DNA from: Candidatus Saccharimonadales bacterium
GTDB lineage: Bacteria > Patescibacteriota > Saccharimonadia > Saccharimonadales > 2-12-FULL-41-12
Length of the DNA: 64,000 bases
Direction: 5' to 3'
Assembly (NCBI GenBank): GCA_041600715.1
Contig: JBFIJM010000001.1
Location: 128,387 to 192,386 of the forward strand
In this document: piece by piece, positions 28,627-38,130 of the stretch
Layout of the letters: the number at the start of each line of letters is the position of its first letter
Numbering within the stretch: position 1 is the first letter of the stretch
Made by a program: the position numbers and the translations under genes
Notes under the pieces: model-generated
Seen by the model: only the letters and a program-made list of their open reading frames with translations
Database searches by the model: none
Told to the model about the DNA's origin: nothing

Positions 28627-30348
28627 TTAAGAAGTGTTATTTGGACCTGGGCTAGAGGGGCTATTAGCGGGAAGGGTTATTATAAACTTCGTTCCTTTAT
28701 TGGGCCTAGAGCTAAAGTCGATTCTCCCATGGTGAGCAACTACAATTTGCTGTGCTAGATATAAACCAATCCCACTACCTGATACTTTACTGGTTAGCTC
28801 ATTGGGTATACGAGAAAATTTCTGAAAGAGTAAAGGATAATCCTCTGGCGCAACCCCTACCCCGCTGTCAGCAATAGTAATTTTTATAAATTCGCCATCT
28901 CGCCTCAAGCTGACTCGGATCTTTCCTTTATCTGGGGTGTACTTGATAGCGTTACTTACAATGTTCTCAATAGCCATTCTTAGGTAATTTTTATCGACTG
29001 CTAAGCTAATATGTTTATTTGGAATTTTTACTACTGTACTGAGTTGATGCTCTTTGATGGCGCTACTTTGTTCATCGAGTACACTAAGTAGCATGTCGTT
29101 TAGGCTACACTCGGTGTAGTCAAACCTCATTTCACCAGCATCTGCCCGCGCAATAAACAGTATCTGGTTAATAGTACTTAGTTGCCTCTCATTGCTTTCA
29201 TAAGCTTTCTCAATTAGCATCTGTTGTTTATCGTCAAGTTTTCCGGCGTACCCGTCCCGCAACAAGCCTATATACTGCTTCACCCCAGTTGCGGGTGTTC
29301 TGAGCTGATGTGAAGCGAGAGCTAGAAGTTCGTCCTTAGCCTCTTGTACTATTTGAGCATCACGAGAAGATAATATGCGTGTTCGATTGATAAGTAATAA
29401 GTATACAAAGCTAGCCGTTAGAATGCTGAAAGTCAGGCCAGACCAGAGCAATGCAGTTGGTCGTTCACGGTCACGTAAACTGACTATATCTGGGTGGACG
29501 TTAGTTGTCATTGTCCATGACGCGTTGCTTATCATAATATCTTCACTAATCGAAGCAGACCCCTTAGTATTACTATTCTCTGCGAAGTTAGAAGATGAGT
29601 ACTCCATAGGGGCGAGCTCATTGCTCGATGTACTAGATATTTTATGTCCAACGTTAGATTCTGTATTGTTGAATATTCCATTGAATAGTTCATTAGCACG
29701 TATTGGAGCGTAAACGTAGCCAGTTATATTAGCACGACGTGAAACTACGTCGCTTATATTAGCCTCTTTTGCGTATACTGGTGCATAAATTATAAATCCA
29801 GGCTGAGGAGCCTCTTGGTCATTTGTAAGAACTAGCATATCAGTAAAAGTGATTTCATTGTTATCTCGAGCTAGCTCCATAGCAACCCTTTTTTGAGGGT
29901 TTTCAAACATGTCTATACCAAGTAAAGCTAGGTTTTCAGGTGTTTGAGGCTCAATGTATTTTACCGACGTGTATACACTGGTACTTGTAGCATTTATTCG
30001 TTGAGCATAGCCAATGCCCTGAATGCCCGGATATCTTTGCGCTAAGTTGAACTGAGATAAGAGACGTTTCCATTCGTCTTTGTTAACATCACTAGATGCA
30101 TTAAATAAACCTACACCAGCACGTAAGATATCTTGATATTTATTAGTTTGCGATATTATCTCACGGTGAGAGATATCTGATTGTTGTTTTACTGTTTTTT
30201 CTTTTTCATCACTTATGTAATCATGTGCAGACTGCCAGCTTAATAACGTTATACCCATAAAAGCCACAAACATTATCAAGGGTGGTACCCAGTGGATAAC
30301 AATAAAATCACGTAGTTTCTTGGGTTTATTTTTCTCTATATAAAACAT
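28627..30348 (-). CDS. Sensor histidine kinase with extracytoplasmic CHASE-like domain
   Basis: TM, a ~270-aa sensor (GIQGIGYAQRI) and a second TM. Kinase motifs: H-box LASHQLRTPAT, N box VSNAIKYTP, and G boxes DSGVGV and GSGIGL. Confidence 0.8.
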   Translation of the reverse strand: MFYIEKNKPKKLRDFIVIHWVPPLIMFVAFMGITLLSWQSAHDYISDEKEKTVKQQSDISHREIISQTNKYQDILRAGVGLFNASSDVNKDEWKRLLSQFNLAQRYPGIQGIGYAQRINATSTSVYTSVKYIEPQTPENLALLGIDMFENPQKRVAMELARDNNEITFTDMLVLTNDQEAPQPGFIIYAPVYAKEANISDVVSRRANITGYVYAPIRANELFNGIFNNTESNVGHKISSTSSNELAPMEYSSSNFAENSNTKGSASISEDIMISNASWTMTTNVHPDIVSLRDRERPTALLWSGLTFSILTASFVYLLLINRTRILSSRDAQIVQEAKDELLALASHQLRTPATGVKQYIGLLRDGYAGKLDDKQQMLIEKAYESNERQLSTINQILFIARADAGEMRFDYTECSLNDMLLSVLDEQSSAIKEHQLSTVVKIPNKHISLAVDKNYLRMAIENIVSNAIKYTPDKGKIRVSLRRDGEFIKITIADSGVGVAPEDYPLLFQKFSRIPNELTSKVSGSGIGLYLAQQIVVAHHGRIDFSSRPNKGTKFIITLPANSPSSPGPNNTS

Positions 30349-30591
30349 GAAGGCCTTTTACAACTATTGTACGGCACGGAACAGAGCTTGGAGTAAGATA
30401 TTTTACAGACGTCACTTGCTCAAAATTAATATGAGATAACTCTATTGACGTGAGCAATTATTTTTTATGATCCAGGACTGTCTTATTGGTAATAACAGTG
30501 AACATTGTCTTATAAAATTTTTATTCATAATTTATCCTTTTTGTTTAGATTATTTCTGATGATCAAGGTCTTATTAGAACTAGGATGAGGA

Positions 30592-30762
30592 CTAAGAATT
30601 TTTACTCGCTCGACTTGACCCGCCTTTTTTCCCTGCTTCTCTAGCTCTTGTTGGGTTATTTTTAAAATTACCCCCGCTAGCTTTACCGCCTTTACTAGCG
30701 ATTTCTTTTTGCTGGCGCTCACTCATGCTTGCGAAGCCTTGTTTGCCCGTACCTTTAGTCAT
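30592..30762 (-). CDS. KGG-repeat general stress protein (YciG-like, 56 aa)
   Basis: MTKGTGKQGFASMSERQQKEIASKGGKASGGNFKNNPTRAREAGKKGGSSRASKNS, preceded by TAAGGAGCTAAC. GGNFKN-P-RA-EAGKKGG is the YciG/KGG repeat. It is in a different frame from track ORF 30525..30722. Confidence 0.7.
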   Translation of the reverse strand: MTKGTGKQGFASMSERQQKEIASKGGKASGGNFKNNPTRAREAGKKGGSSRASKNS

Positions 30763-30901
30763 GTTAGCTCCTTACTATTACTTACATTATCAAGTTTATT
30801 CCCATCAAAAATTAGTATCTGTAAAAGATCTCACAAGCCATAAATTCATATTTCTTCTCTAACCTATTGGACATGGTGTGAGTAATACTTAATAACTGAA
30901 A

Positions 30902-31909
30902 TTAAGGCACTTGGTTTAAGATCTCGGTGTCATATCCTAAATTTCCAGCTCGTAGAACTGTTATCCCGTCCATCATAGCCGTAAGAATATCTTCTGCACC
31001 CAGCACAACGACTACAGATATTTTCCCGTCGTAGTCATCGCCACCTATTAAATCAGCAATCATAAAACAGCGCTTTGCTTCATCCGTGTCACCGATCTTT
31101 ATCCCTATCGCACCATCGTTGTTTATGTAGGAATTATAGTTCGGTATTAGGCCTGTTCCTGGTATCTCAGCATTTTGCTTCATGGCTATTTCTTTAAGAA
31201 CCGGGTTGTCCATGTAGAGCATGCCAATGGTTGTCATTTCTCTAGCCGTGCTTACTGTAAGAGGCGAAAATCCGCTAGCATCATCAATATTTGTTTGTGT
31301 AAGCCCGTTTCTCTTCACCATACTATTGGCGTAATTTTTGTAGGTGTCCATTGACCCGAAGGCCCATATGACCAGGCTATCCGAAAGATTGTTGGCTGAT
31401 ACCATCAGCATGGCCTGAAGGGCGTCATACTGACTAATCTGTTGGCCCGCTTCTACTGGAAACACAGCGCCATTCTTGGCAAGGTATGAAGCATATAGTT
31501 CTACATCTTTTTCTGTAATAGTAATTAATGGCCCCTTGTCTCCTGGCTTCAATGGCTTTACTTCTAGGATAGCTAGAGCAGTTATAACTTTTGCCAAGCT
31601 GGCTATCGGCACTGGAGTATCTGACGTATCAGAAGTTGCAAGAACACCTTCTTTGTTCACTCCGTATGCAGAGTGCCCATATGTAGGCCAAGGCAGTGGT
31701 GTGGCAAGCGTTTTCTGTACGGGTACTAGCTTTGTGGCAACAGGTGTAGTGATCACTGGTTGTTTACTACTAGACTGATGATCAGGCTTCGATAAATTTG
31801 TAGATGCAATTAAACCGACAAATATTAAAGGGACAGCCAAGAAATAATATCGGTTATTGTTCTTTTTTTGTGCGCCTGTACGGTAATGATAATGAACGTT
31901 CATCACCAT
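30902..31909 (-). CDS. D-alanyl-D-alanine carboxypeptidase (S11, PBP5-like), membrane anchored
   Basis: SxxK (IASLAKV) and SxN (VSANN) motifs with an N-terminal TM. Confidence 0.7.
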   Translation of the reverse strand: MVMNVHYHYRTGAQKKNNNRYYFLAVPLIFVGLIASTNLSKPDHQSSSKQPVITTPVATKLVPVQKTLATPLPWPTYGHSAYGVNKEGVLATSDTSDTPVPIASLAKVITALAILEVKPLKPGDKGPLITITEKDVELYASYLAKNGAVFPVEAGQQISQYDALQAMLMVSANNLSDSLVIWAFGSMDTYKNYANSMVKRNGLTQTNIDDASGFSPLTVSTAREMTTIGMLYMDNPVLKEIAMKQNAEIPGTGLIPNYNSYINNDGAIGIKIGDTDEAKRCFMIADLIGGDDYDGKISVVVVLGAEDILTAMMDGITVLRAGNLGYDTEILNQVP

Positions 31910-31941
31910 ATAGTATAGCGTAAATATAACTGGCCTTCATA

Positions 31942-33384
31942 TTAAATTCTTCGTCGCCACCGGGTAAATACATCGTCAAGTTCAGGGTGCAACGAGTGGG
32001 GCACGTCTACCTGTATTCGATCGCCCGTTTTGATTGTCATATCATTTCTCAAGGTGATTTTCTTTGGTCCTCGCTTAATATGATCAATACTCGCATCTTT
32101 TGGTAGTCCTATTTCGTGCAAATGAGATCCGACTATTGCGTGTTGAGGCATTACGACAAACTCTATTCTATCGATTGTAATCTTACCGTTGGTTGAAATA
32201 ACTGCAGGCAATACATCAACAACACCTAACTTATTAGCTACCCACTGAATTGTAGAGCCTTGTATAAGCGCAGAAATTAAGACAACAAAGAATATTATAT
32301 TAAAAACTGTTTCACTGCCATCTATACCAGAGGAAAGCACAAATATAGCTAGAACAATAGGTACAGCTCCTCGTAATCCTGCCCAGCCCAGGAACAGACG
32401 TTCTTGTAAAGAAAATTTGTTGAACGATGTAGAGAACCAGACAGCAACTGGTCGAACAATAAACATTAGTGCCAGGGCTAATAACAGACTCGTGCCTGCT
32501 ACGGGGATTAAATTTGAAGGAAGAACCAAGAGTCCTAAAACAATAAACATAATTACTTGAGCTAGGAATGCCAGCCCCTCATGAAATGATGTGAGCTGAC
32601 TACGATATCTAAACGGTGTACTGCCAATGGCTAGCCCTACAATATATACAGCCAAGAAGCCACTTCCGCCAACTATCTCTGTTAACCCAAAAGTAACTAC
32701 ACATGTCGATACGGATGCAACTGGCGCAAATGCCCCTAACGAATGTGGTAATCTCGCAAAAATCTGTGTAGCAATCAAACCTAAAACCATACCCATAATT
32801 AGACCAAGTATTATTAGGGTGAATAGGAGTAGTGCCACGTTCCCAAACCCATAGTCTGGTATTTGTATCCAGCTGACTAGCCCAATTGTCAGTGCTATAG
32901 CCATGGGGTCGTTAACTCCAGACTCGGCTTCTAGTGTTCGGGCTAGTCGTCTTCGGATAACTGTATTACGAACAGATGCAAAAACCGCCGCCGCATCTGT
33001 TGAAGAAACAACAGCTCCAATCAACATAGCGTATATTAGTGGTACATCAAAGAGTGTATACGCCACAACACCAGTCATGATGGCAGTTAGTAAGACTCCA
33101 ACCGTGCTAAGGAGAGTCGCAGGTATGGCAACAGACCTCATTCTTCTCCATGATGTCGACATCCCCCCTTCGAACAATATTGCAATTAGTCCCACAACTG
33201 CTATATTTTCCGCTAATTGCACATTGTTAAATGATACGAGCTCTAGTCCTTCTGGTCCGATGAGCATCCCAAGACCCAAAAAAGCAACAAGTGACGGTAT
33301 TCCAACCTTTGACGCACCGAGAGCTATGAGTAGACTAGTAGCAAGGAGTACTCCTGTTGCCAACAGTATTACTTCTAATTGCAT
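31942..33384 (-). CDS. K+/H+ (cation/proton) antiporter, CPA1 NhaP2-like with C-terminal TrkA-C domain
   Basis: About 12 TM helices, ESGVNDPMAIAL and a soluble C-terminal ~90-aa domain. Confidence 0.8.
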   Translation of the reverse strand: MQLEVILLATGVLLATSLLIALGASKVGIPSLVAFLGLGMLIGPEGLELVSFNNVQLAENIAVVGLIAILFEGGMSTSWRRMRSVAIPATLLSTVGVLLTAIMTGVVAYTLFDVPLIYAMLIGAVVSSTDAAAVFASVRNTVIRRRLARTLEAESGVNDPMAIALTIGLVSWIQIPDYGFGNVALLLFTLIILGLIMGMVLGLIATQIFARLPHSLGAFAPVASVSTCVVTFGLTEIVGGSGFLAVYIVGLAIGSTPFRYRSQLTSFHEGLAFLAQVIMFIVLGLLVLPSNLIPVAGTSLLLALALMFIVRPVAVWFSTSFNKFSLQERLFLGWAGLRGAVPIVLAIFVLSSGIDGSETVFNIIFFVVLISALIQGSTIQWVANKLGVVDVLPAVISTNGKITIDRIEFVVMPQHAIVGSHLHEIGLPKDASIDHIKRGPKKITLRNDMTIKTGDRIQVDVPHSLHPELDDVFTRWRRRI

Positions 33385-33393
33385 CTAAGCGCT

Positions 33394-33855
33394 TTAAAAC
33401 TCGTCAATTACGAGTTTTTTCATTTTCATTAGTTTGGAGAATGCGTTTGGTTTTTTCATTAACTCACCCATATTAGCCGGGCATACTTGCCAGCTGAGTC
33501 CGTACTTATCTTTTAACCATCCACAGACACTTTCTGTCCCGTCGTCGGTTAACTTCTCCCAATAGTAATCTATCTCTGCTTGATCTTCGCAGGAAATTAC
33601 AAGAGACACTGATTCGTTAAATTTGAACTCCGGACCGGCATTTATTGCCGTATAACGTTGTCCGAAAAGCTCAAACTCAATTGTAAGTTCTTTGCCAGCT
33701 AATCCCTCCTGGAAGTCAGCCAGCCCTTCGTCTTTACTTTTTGGGTAGTAAGAGGTTGAGATCTTTTTACTGTTTGGGAATACGGATAGATAAAAATTAA
33801 CAGCTTCACTAGCACATCCCTCGTACCATAAATTAGGGGTGATCTTTTGGCTCAT
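33394..33855 (-). CDS. VOC superfamily protein (PhnB / 3-demethylubiquinone-9 3-methyltransferase-domain family)
   Basis: The N-terminus SQKITPNLWYEGCASEAVNFYLSVFPNSK and CGWLKDKYGLSWQV are typical of this family. Confidence 0.65.
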   Translation of the reverse strand: MSQKITPNLWYEGCASEAVNFYLSVFPNSKKISTSYYPKSKDEGLADFQEGLAGKELTIEFELFGQRYTAINAGPEFKFNESVSLVISCEDQAEIDYYWEKLTDDGTESVCGWLKDKYGLSWQVCPANMGELMKKPNAFSKLMKMKKLVIDEF

Positions 33856-33969
33856 ACAATCCTCACTTATTAAATCTGTCTATATCATATCAAAGCATTA
33901 CGGTAATCAAGTTAAAACTTAAGTATCACGCCAATTGGTCGGAAGGACTACTTGCAGTAATATAAGTTT

Positions 33970-34287
33970 ATGAACATGACATTAACACAAGGTGGTACAG
34001 CCCACAAAATCCCAAAAGACTTTAAAGAGGCTGTTTTATCCGATAAAGAAGTGAGCAAACTTTGGGAGTCGCTTACTCCCCTAGGACGTAATGAGTTCAT
34101 ATGTTGGATAGAGAATGCTAAAAAGACCGAAACCAGACAGCGCCGTATCAAGCGCGCTTGTGAGGAGCTTCTAGAGGGCAAGAGAAGGCCATGTTGCTGG
34201 ATAGGGTGTATCCATAGAACTGATAAAAAGCCGAGCAGATGGGCTCAAGTGGTTTTAGTCAATAAAAAACCGAGCCAAAACGCTTAG
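33970..34287 (+). CDS. YdeI/OmpD-associated family protein
   Basis: LWESLTPLGRNEFICWIENAKKTETRQRRIKRACEELLEGKRRPCCW. Confidence 0.6.
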   Translation: MNMTLTQGGTAHKIPKDFKEAVLSDKEVSKLWESLTPLGRNEFICWIENAKKTETRQRRIKRACEELLEGKRRPCCWIGCIHRTDKKPSRWAQVVLVNKKPSQNA

Positions 34288-34304
34288 ATATTTAACCTTA
34301 TAAT

Positions 34305-35645
34305 TTACGACTTATTCTTTGAACTATTTAGCTCTGTAATTGACTTTGATATATCGTACACACCTTTATTGTCTGCACTTGCAAGAATACTCGCACCAAT
34401 GGACGACCTGTAACCTCCAGCGCAGTGCACTGCGACGGGTTTGTCGGAGGGCACTTCATCTAAGTTTTTTCTTAGTTGATGGAGTGGTATAGATATGGAA
34501 TTCTCAAAGAATGCTTGCTCTGTTTCATTAGTGTTACGTACATCAACTATGGTGTAGTCTGCCTGATTTTTGTAAACTTCTTTTGCGCCAATAACATCTA
34601 CACCCTTTCTGGTTGATTCATTTTGATGGAGTATATAGCCTCTAACGTTTGACTCATACCCTATATTTCCGAGTCTTTTAACTGCGTTCTTTATCTCATC
34701 AAGTGTCGCGCCGTAAATTACCATAGGCTCATTAGGACGCACTATGCTTCCTGCCCATGTCTCGAACTTATCATCTGGTTTTGCAGGAATATTAATCGCT
34801 CCCTCACTGTGACCTGACCGAAAATCGTCTGCTGACCGTATGTCTACTACCACCACGCCATTAGACGCATCTGGCTTAAGGTTATTTATAGTCTCTTCGA
34901 GATTCTTTAGATCTCCTGCTTTGTTAAGCTTTACGTCATACGCAAAGTACTCTGGAATGAATGGTTGGTCATCTAATAAAAACTCGACAAATTGCTCTTC
35001 AGTCATTTCTTGTAAGGCTGGATTGTCTTTGCGCTCTTTACCAATGGTGCTAGTACGCTCGTCCCCAAGATTCTTCCCACATAAAGTGCCTGCGCCGTGC
35101 GCTGGGTATACAGCCACGTTGTCGCCTAACTTTAAAAGTTTTTCCCTTGTACTTTTGTACATGTCACGCGCCAAAGACTCTCTAGTTGTGCGTGCTGATT
35201 CTTCGCTTTCTCTTAGGTCAGGCCGTCCCACGTCTCCTACAAATAACGTATCTCCAGTGAAAATGGCGGCATCCGCCCCTTTTTCGGTAACAACTATCGA
35301 TATACTATCTGGCGAATGTCCAGGAGTGTGAAGACTGCGCACAGTAACATTACACAGTTCGATGATGTCATCTTGATCGAATGGTGTTATTTTGTACGTT
35401 GGTTTTACGGAACTATGCATGTAAATCGGCACGTCGTACTTCTTTGCGAGCTCCCGGTGTCCACTAACAAAATCTGCGTGAGGGTGAGTTAAAATAATTC
35501 CTTTAACATGAAGATTTCTCTCATCAATCTCTTCTACAATATGCTCAAAATTCCGTAGCGGGTCGATAATTAATGCTTCGCCATCGCTCGAAAGAACATA
35601 ACCAGCCTGCGACAATGGCTCATAGTAATGTTGTGTAATTTTCAT
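34305..35645 (-). CDS. MBL-fold persulfide dioxygenase-like protein fused to rhodanese domains (CstB/ETHE1-type)
   Basis: Metallo-beta-lactamase motif ILTHPHADFVSGH, and a C-terminal rhodanese with active-site loop HCAGGYRSS. Confidence 0.78.
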   Translation of the reverse strand: MKITQHYYEPLSQAGYVLSSDGEALIIDPLRNFEHIVEEIDERNLHVKGIILTHPHADFVSGHRELAKKYDVPIYMHSSVKPTYKITPFDQDDIIELCNVTVRSLHTPGHSPDSISIVVTEKGADAAIFTGDTLFVGDVGRPDLRESEESARTTRESLARDMYKSTREKLLKLGDNVAVYPAHGAGTLCGKNLGDERTSTIGKERKDNPALQEMTEEQFVEFLLDDQPFIPEYFAYDVKLNKAGDLKNLEETINNLKPDASNGVVVVDIRSADDFRSGHSEGAINIPAKPDDKFETWAGSIVRPNEPMVIYGATLDEIKNAVKRLGNIGYESNVRGYILHQNESTRKGVDVIGAKEVYKNQADYTIVDVRNTNETEQAFFENSISIPLHQLRKNLDEVPSDKPVAVHCAGGYRSSIGASILASADNKGVYDISKSITELNSSKNKS

Positions 35646-35673
35646 AATTAACCCCCCTCATGTTGAATGTTAA

Positions 35674-35688
35674 TGTAAATAGTTTACA
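35674..35688. promoter_or_regulatory. 7-1-7 palindrome TGTAAAT-A-GTTTACA, Fur/PerR-box-like operator candidate
   Basis: Lies in the 73-bp divergent region between the MBL-rhodanese gene and the rhodanese/Fur-like operon. The half sites match 6 of 7. Confidence 0.4.
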
Positions 35689-35718
35689 ATAAGACTATAA
35701 CCTAAGGCAAGGATTGTT

Positions 35719-36015
35719 ATGGATAATGCAGAAATCATCTTAAAGAAAGTTCAGGAAAACAAGGCAATTCTACTAGATGTGCGCTCCCCTCTCGAGTACA
35801 AAATGGGCCATGCGGAAGGCTCACAGAATGTGCCCCTCGACAAGGTTGGAACATTCAACACTGTGTCTAATGATTCAGAGATTTACTTATACTGTGCGTC
35901 TGGGTCCCGATCAAGTTCTGCAGAGGGCATACTGCGACAAAACGGATTCACTAACCTACACAACATAGGCGGTCTTGGCAATTGGAGTGCCTCCGGGGGC
36001 AAAGTGGTTCGATAA
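35719..36015 (+). CDS. Single-domain rhodanese sulfurtransferase
   Basis: Active-site loop YCASGSRSS, 98 aa. Confidence 0.8.
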   Translation: MDNAEIILKKVQENKAILLDVRSPLEYKMGHAEGSQNVPLDKVGTFNTVSNDSEIYLYCASGSRSSSAEGILRQNGFTNLHNIGGLGNWSASGGKVVR

Positions 36016-36410
36016 TGAGTGTGGCTCCGTTTAGAGAGACAAAATATTGCAATGCTGTACGTGAGTGCATTGGCCAGCTAGGCCATGCTTCTAATAGTGT
36101 GATTCATAAGTGGGTCACTGCAGAATATCCAGATATTAGCGCAACAACCATTCACCGCGTGACAACGCGTCTTTACAAGCGTGGTGCGATTAGTATTGCT
36201 CCTCCAGATAAAAATGGTTCGGTGCGCTACGATGCCAATATTAGGCCACACGACCACTTTATATGTGAGAAGTGCTATAGAATAAAAGATATTGATATTT
36301 ATGACGATATAAAGCCAAATATAGAAAGTTGTCTAGGTGTTACTTTATCAAATGCTCGCATAACCATCACAGCCTCTTGCGATACCTGTAAAGGGTCTAA
36401 AAACCGCTAG
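36015..36410 (+). CDS. Fur family transcriptional regulator-like protein
   Basis: Start at MSVAPF (a TAATG overlap with the rhodanese stop). It has a wHTH (ATTIHRVTTRLYKRGAI), HDHFICEKC and a C-terminal CDTC metal site. Confidence 0.6.
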   Translation: MSVAPFRETKYCNAVRECIGQLGHASNSVIHKWVTAEYPDISATTIHRVTTRLYKRGAISIAPPDKNGSVRYDANIRPHDHFICEKCYRIKDIDIYDDIKPNIESCLGVTLSNARITITASCDTCKGSKNR

Positions 36411-36473
36411 GCGCATGAGTACTTAGCCTAAAGGTGTAATAATATCTTCATGATAAGCCCCCAGCAGGCTTTG

Positions 36474-37214
36474 TCATGAAGCTAGTGCTTGGACAGTTCT
36501 TTTAATTAATTCTACAGGTAGGTCTTTGTCAAGCTCGAACCATATAGTCCCCTTGCCTTTGATATAAGGTTTTAAATCCTCTTTTAGGCCATCATCCTTA
36601 GGTACTGGATAAATTGCTACATGATCTTTCCAACCAGAGATAAAAACTCTTGGTCTCTTGTCATCGATTTTGTACCCGATAATACCGTAACTCAATACTT
36701 CACTATAACTTGGCAACAAATCCCTCACCAGCTGGCGTAGTTCATCGAATTTTGGGCGTGATGCATTGGGTATATTGGCAATGTATTCATCAACTGTTTT
36801 CGGTTTGTTTAATGACTCTGTGGCTATAAATGACTGCTCAAGCATTTTGCGTAAAATCACAACATTAATATCAGTGAGTTTGTTTATGTACAAACAGGAG
36901 ACGCTATGTTTATGTTTCCCAAGAATTTTAAGCTCTGTTGAATGGACGCTAAAACCTTCATTAAAGTAAATTGTAATACTGGCCTTACGCGGACTGAATG
37001 CTAGTTGAGGCATATCACCTTCTCTGCCTGTATCGTATTTATAATGTTTAGTCCCAAATCCAATTATACTAGGACCCCACATCACAGGTCTTGTACCTGA
37101 GATTTTACTCATCAAGTCGATTATCGTATTGGCTTCTTTGCGTCTTTCAGCGCTGACACTATTAAGAAATGTTTCAACCGCAACATCCGTAGGTATGGTT
37201 TTATTAACAGGCAT
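36474..37214 (-). CDS. Tandem DUF1801 (YdhG-like) domain protein
   Basis: Two DUF1801-like halves: VMWGPSIIGFGTKHYKYDTGREGDMPQLAFSPRKASITIYF and LSYGIIGYKIDDKRPRVFISGWKDHVAIYP. Confidence 0.55.
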   Translation of the reverse strand: MPVNKTIPTDVAVETFLNSVSAERRKEANTIIDLMSKISGTRPVMWGPSIIGFGTKHYKYDTGREGDMPQLAFSPRKASITIYFNEGFSVHSTELKILGKHKHSVSCLYINKLTDINVVILRKMLEQSFIATESLNKPKTVDEYIANIPNASRPKFDELRQLVRDLLPSYSEVLSYGIIGYKIDDKRPRVFISGWKDHVAIYPVPKDDGLKEDLKPYIKGKGTIWFELDKDLPVELIKRTVQALAS

Positions 37215-37289
37215 AATCTAGATGTATTGTATCAAATGTAGGTATAGATGATAATGGTGCATAGAGCGAACTATGGTGACTTAAAGTCA

Positions 37290-37318
37290 TTGACGTGACG
37301 TAGTAAATGTGCTATAAT
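37290..37318 (+). promoter_or_regulatory. Sigma70-type promoter TTGACG-17-TATAAT, ATG 7 nt downstream (leaderless geometry)
   Basis: Hexamers at 37290-37295 and 37313-37318. The next ATG is at 37326 and there is no SD. Confidence 0.5.
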
Positions 37319-37325
37319 GACGCAA

Positions 37326-38108
37326 ATGCCTCAAATGATAGATACCCTTTACCCTGATAGGCGACGGCGTAAAGATTCAGATTCAAATAGTTCTAGCCGA
37401 CCGATGGATCGACTCCGTAGAGTCAAGGAACACCGTAGTGCAGTGCAGTTTCTTGGTGTTTGTGCTCGGTACGGCTATAACCGCACAATGGTAATAAGGG
37501 ATGCATACCTCGCACCTGCCGAACACCATGATCCAATTCGTCAACATTCCAAGGATTTAGGCGTATCAACGATTGTTGGAATGGAAGGATTTATGAAGCC
37601 ACAACAAGCTAAGTGGTTTCGTGACTTACTTAGTAACAACCCTCAGATTAAGAATATTGCAGAAATCGGTTTTAATGGCGGACACTCTGCAACTAACTTT
37701 TTGGGTGTACGTCCAGATATAGAATTAACTTCTTTTGATATCGCTGAGCACGGCTATGTAAAAAAAGGTAAAGAAATAATAGACAAGAAGTATCCTGGTA
37801 GACACTCTTTAGTTTTAGGAGATTCAACCTCTACAATTCCTAGCTTCTCACGCATTAATACGAAGAAGTTTGATCTTGTATTTATAGACGGCGGGCATGA
37901 TCTTGATACTGCTTACAAGGATATTGTTAACTGTAGAGGGATATCCGAACAAGGTGGTCTTGTAGTTGTTGATGACTGCTCTCCAGGACTCGCATACGGA
38001 ATAGGACCGGAGCAAGCTTACAATCAAGCGGTTAGCGAGGGTTTAATCAACCACCATTCATTGAACACAGATGGCGATAGAGCCTGGGCCTTCGGTTCGT
38101 ATCAGTAG
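37326..38108 (+). CDS. Class I SAM-dependent methyltransferase (O-methyltransferase family 3-like)
   Basis: IAEIGFNGGHSATNFL (motif I-like) and FDLVFIDGGHD. The track start at 37317 overlaps the -10 box, so the start was moved to 37326. The N-terminal ~90 aa are unusual (Arg/Ser-rich). Confidence 0.55.
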   Translation: MPQMIDTLYPDRRRRKDSDSNSSSRPMDRLRRVKEHRSAVQFLGVCARYGYNRTMVIRDAYLAPAEHHDPIRQHSKDLGVSTIVGMEGFMKPQQAKWFRDLLSNNPQIKNIAEIGFNGGHSATNFLGVRPDIELTSFDIAEHGYVKKGKEIIDKKYPGRHSLVLGDSTSTIPSFSRINTKKFDLVFIDGGHDLDTAYKDIVNCRGISEQGGLVVVDDCSPGLAYGIGPEQAYNQAVSEGLINHHSLNTDGDRAWAFGSYQ

Positions 38109-38130
38109 CTAATAATTTATTTTTAGACCA

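Noticed and set aside
30446-30472. Near-consensus TTGACG-16/17-TATGAT on the plus strand pointing into the antisense of the KGG gene
   Set aside because: There is no plus-strand ORF or recognisable RNA downstream. In AT-rich intergenic DNA such matches arise by chance. It could be an antisense promoter, but the evidence is insufficient.
30525-30722. 65-aa minus-strand ORF from the track
   Set aside because: It overlaps the KGG stress protein gene in another frame. The KGG frame has a strong RBS and a recognisable repeat family motif, and this one has neither.
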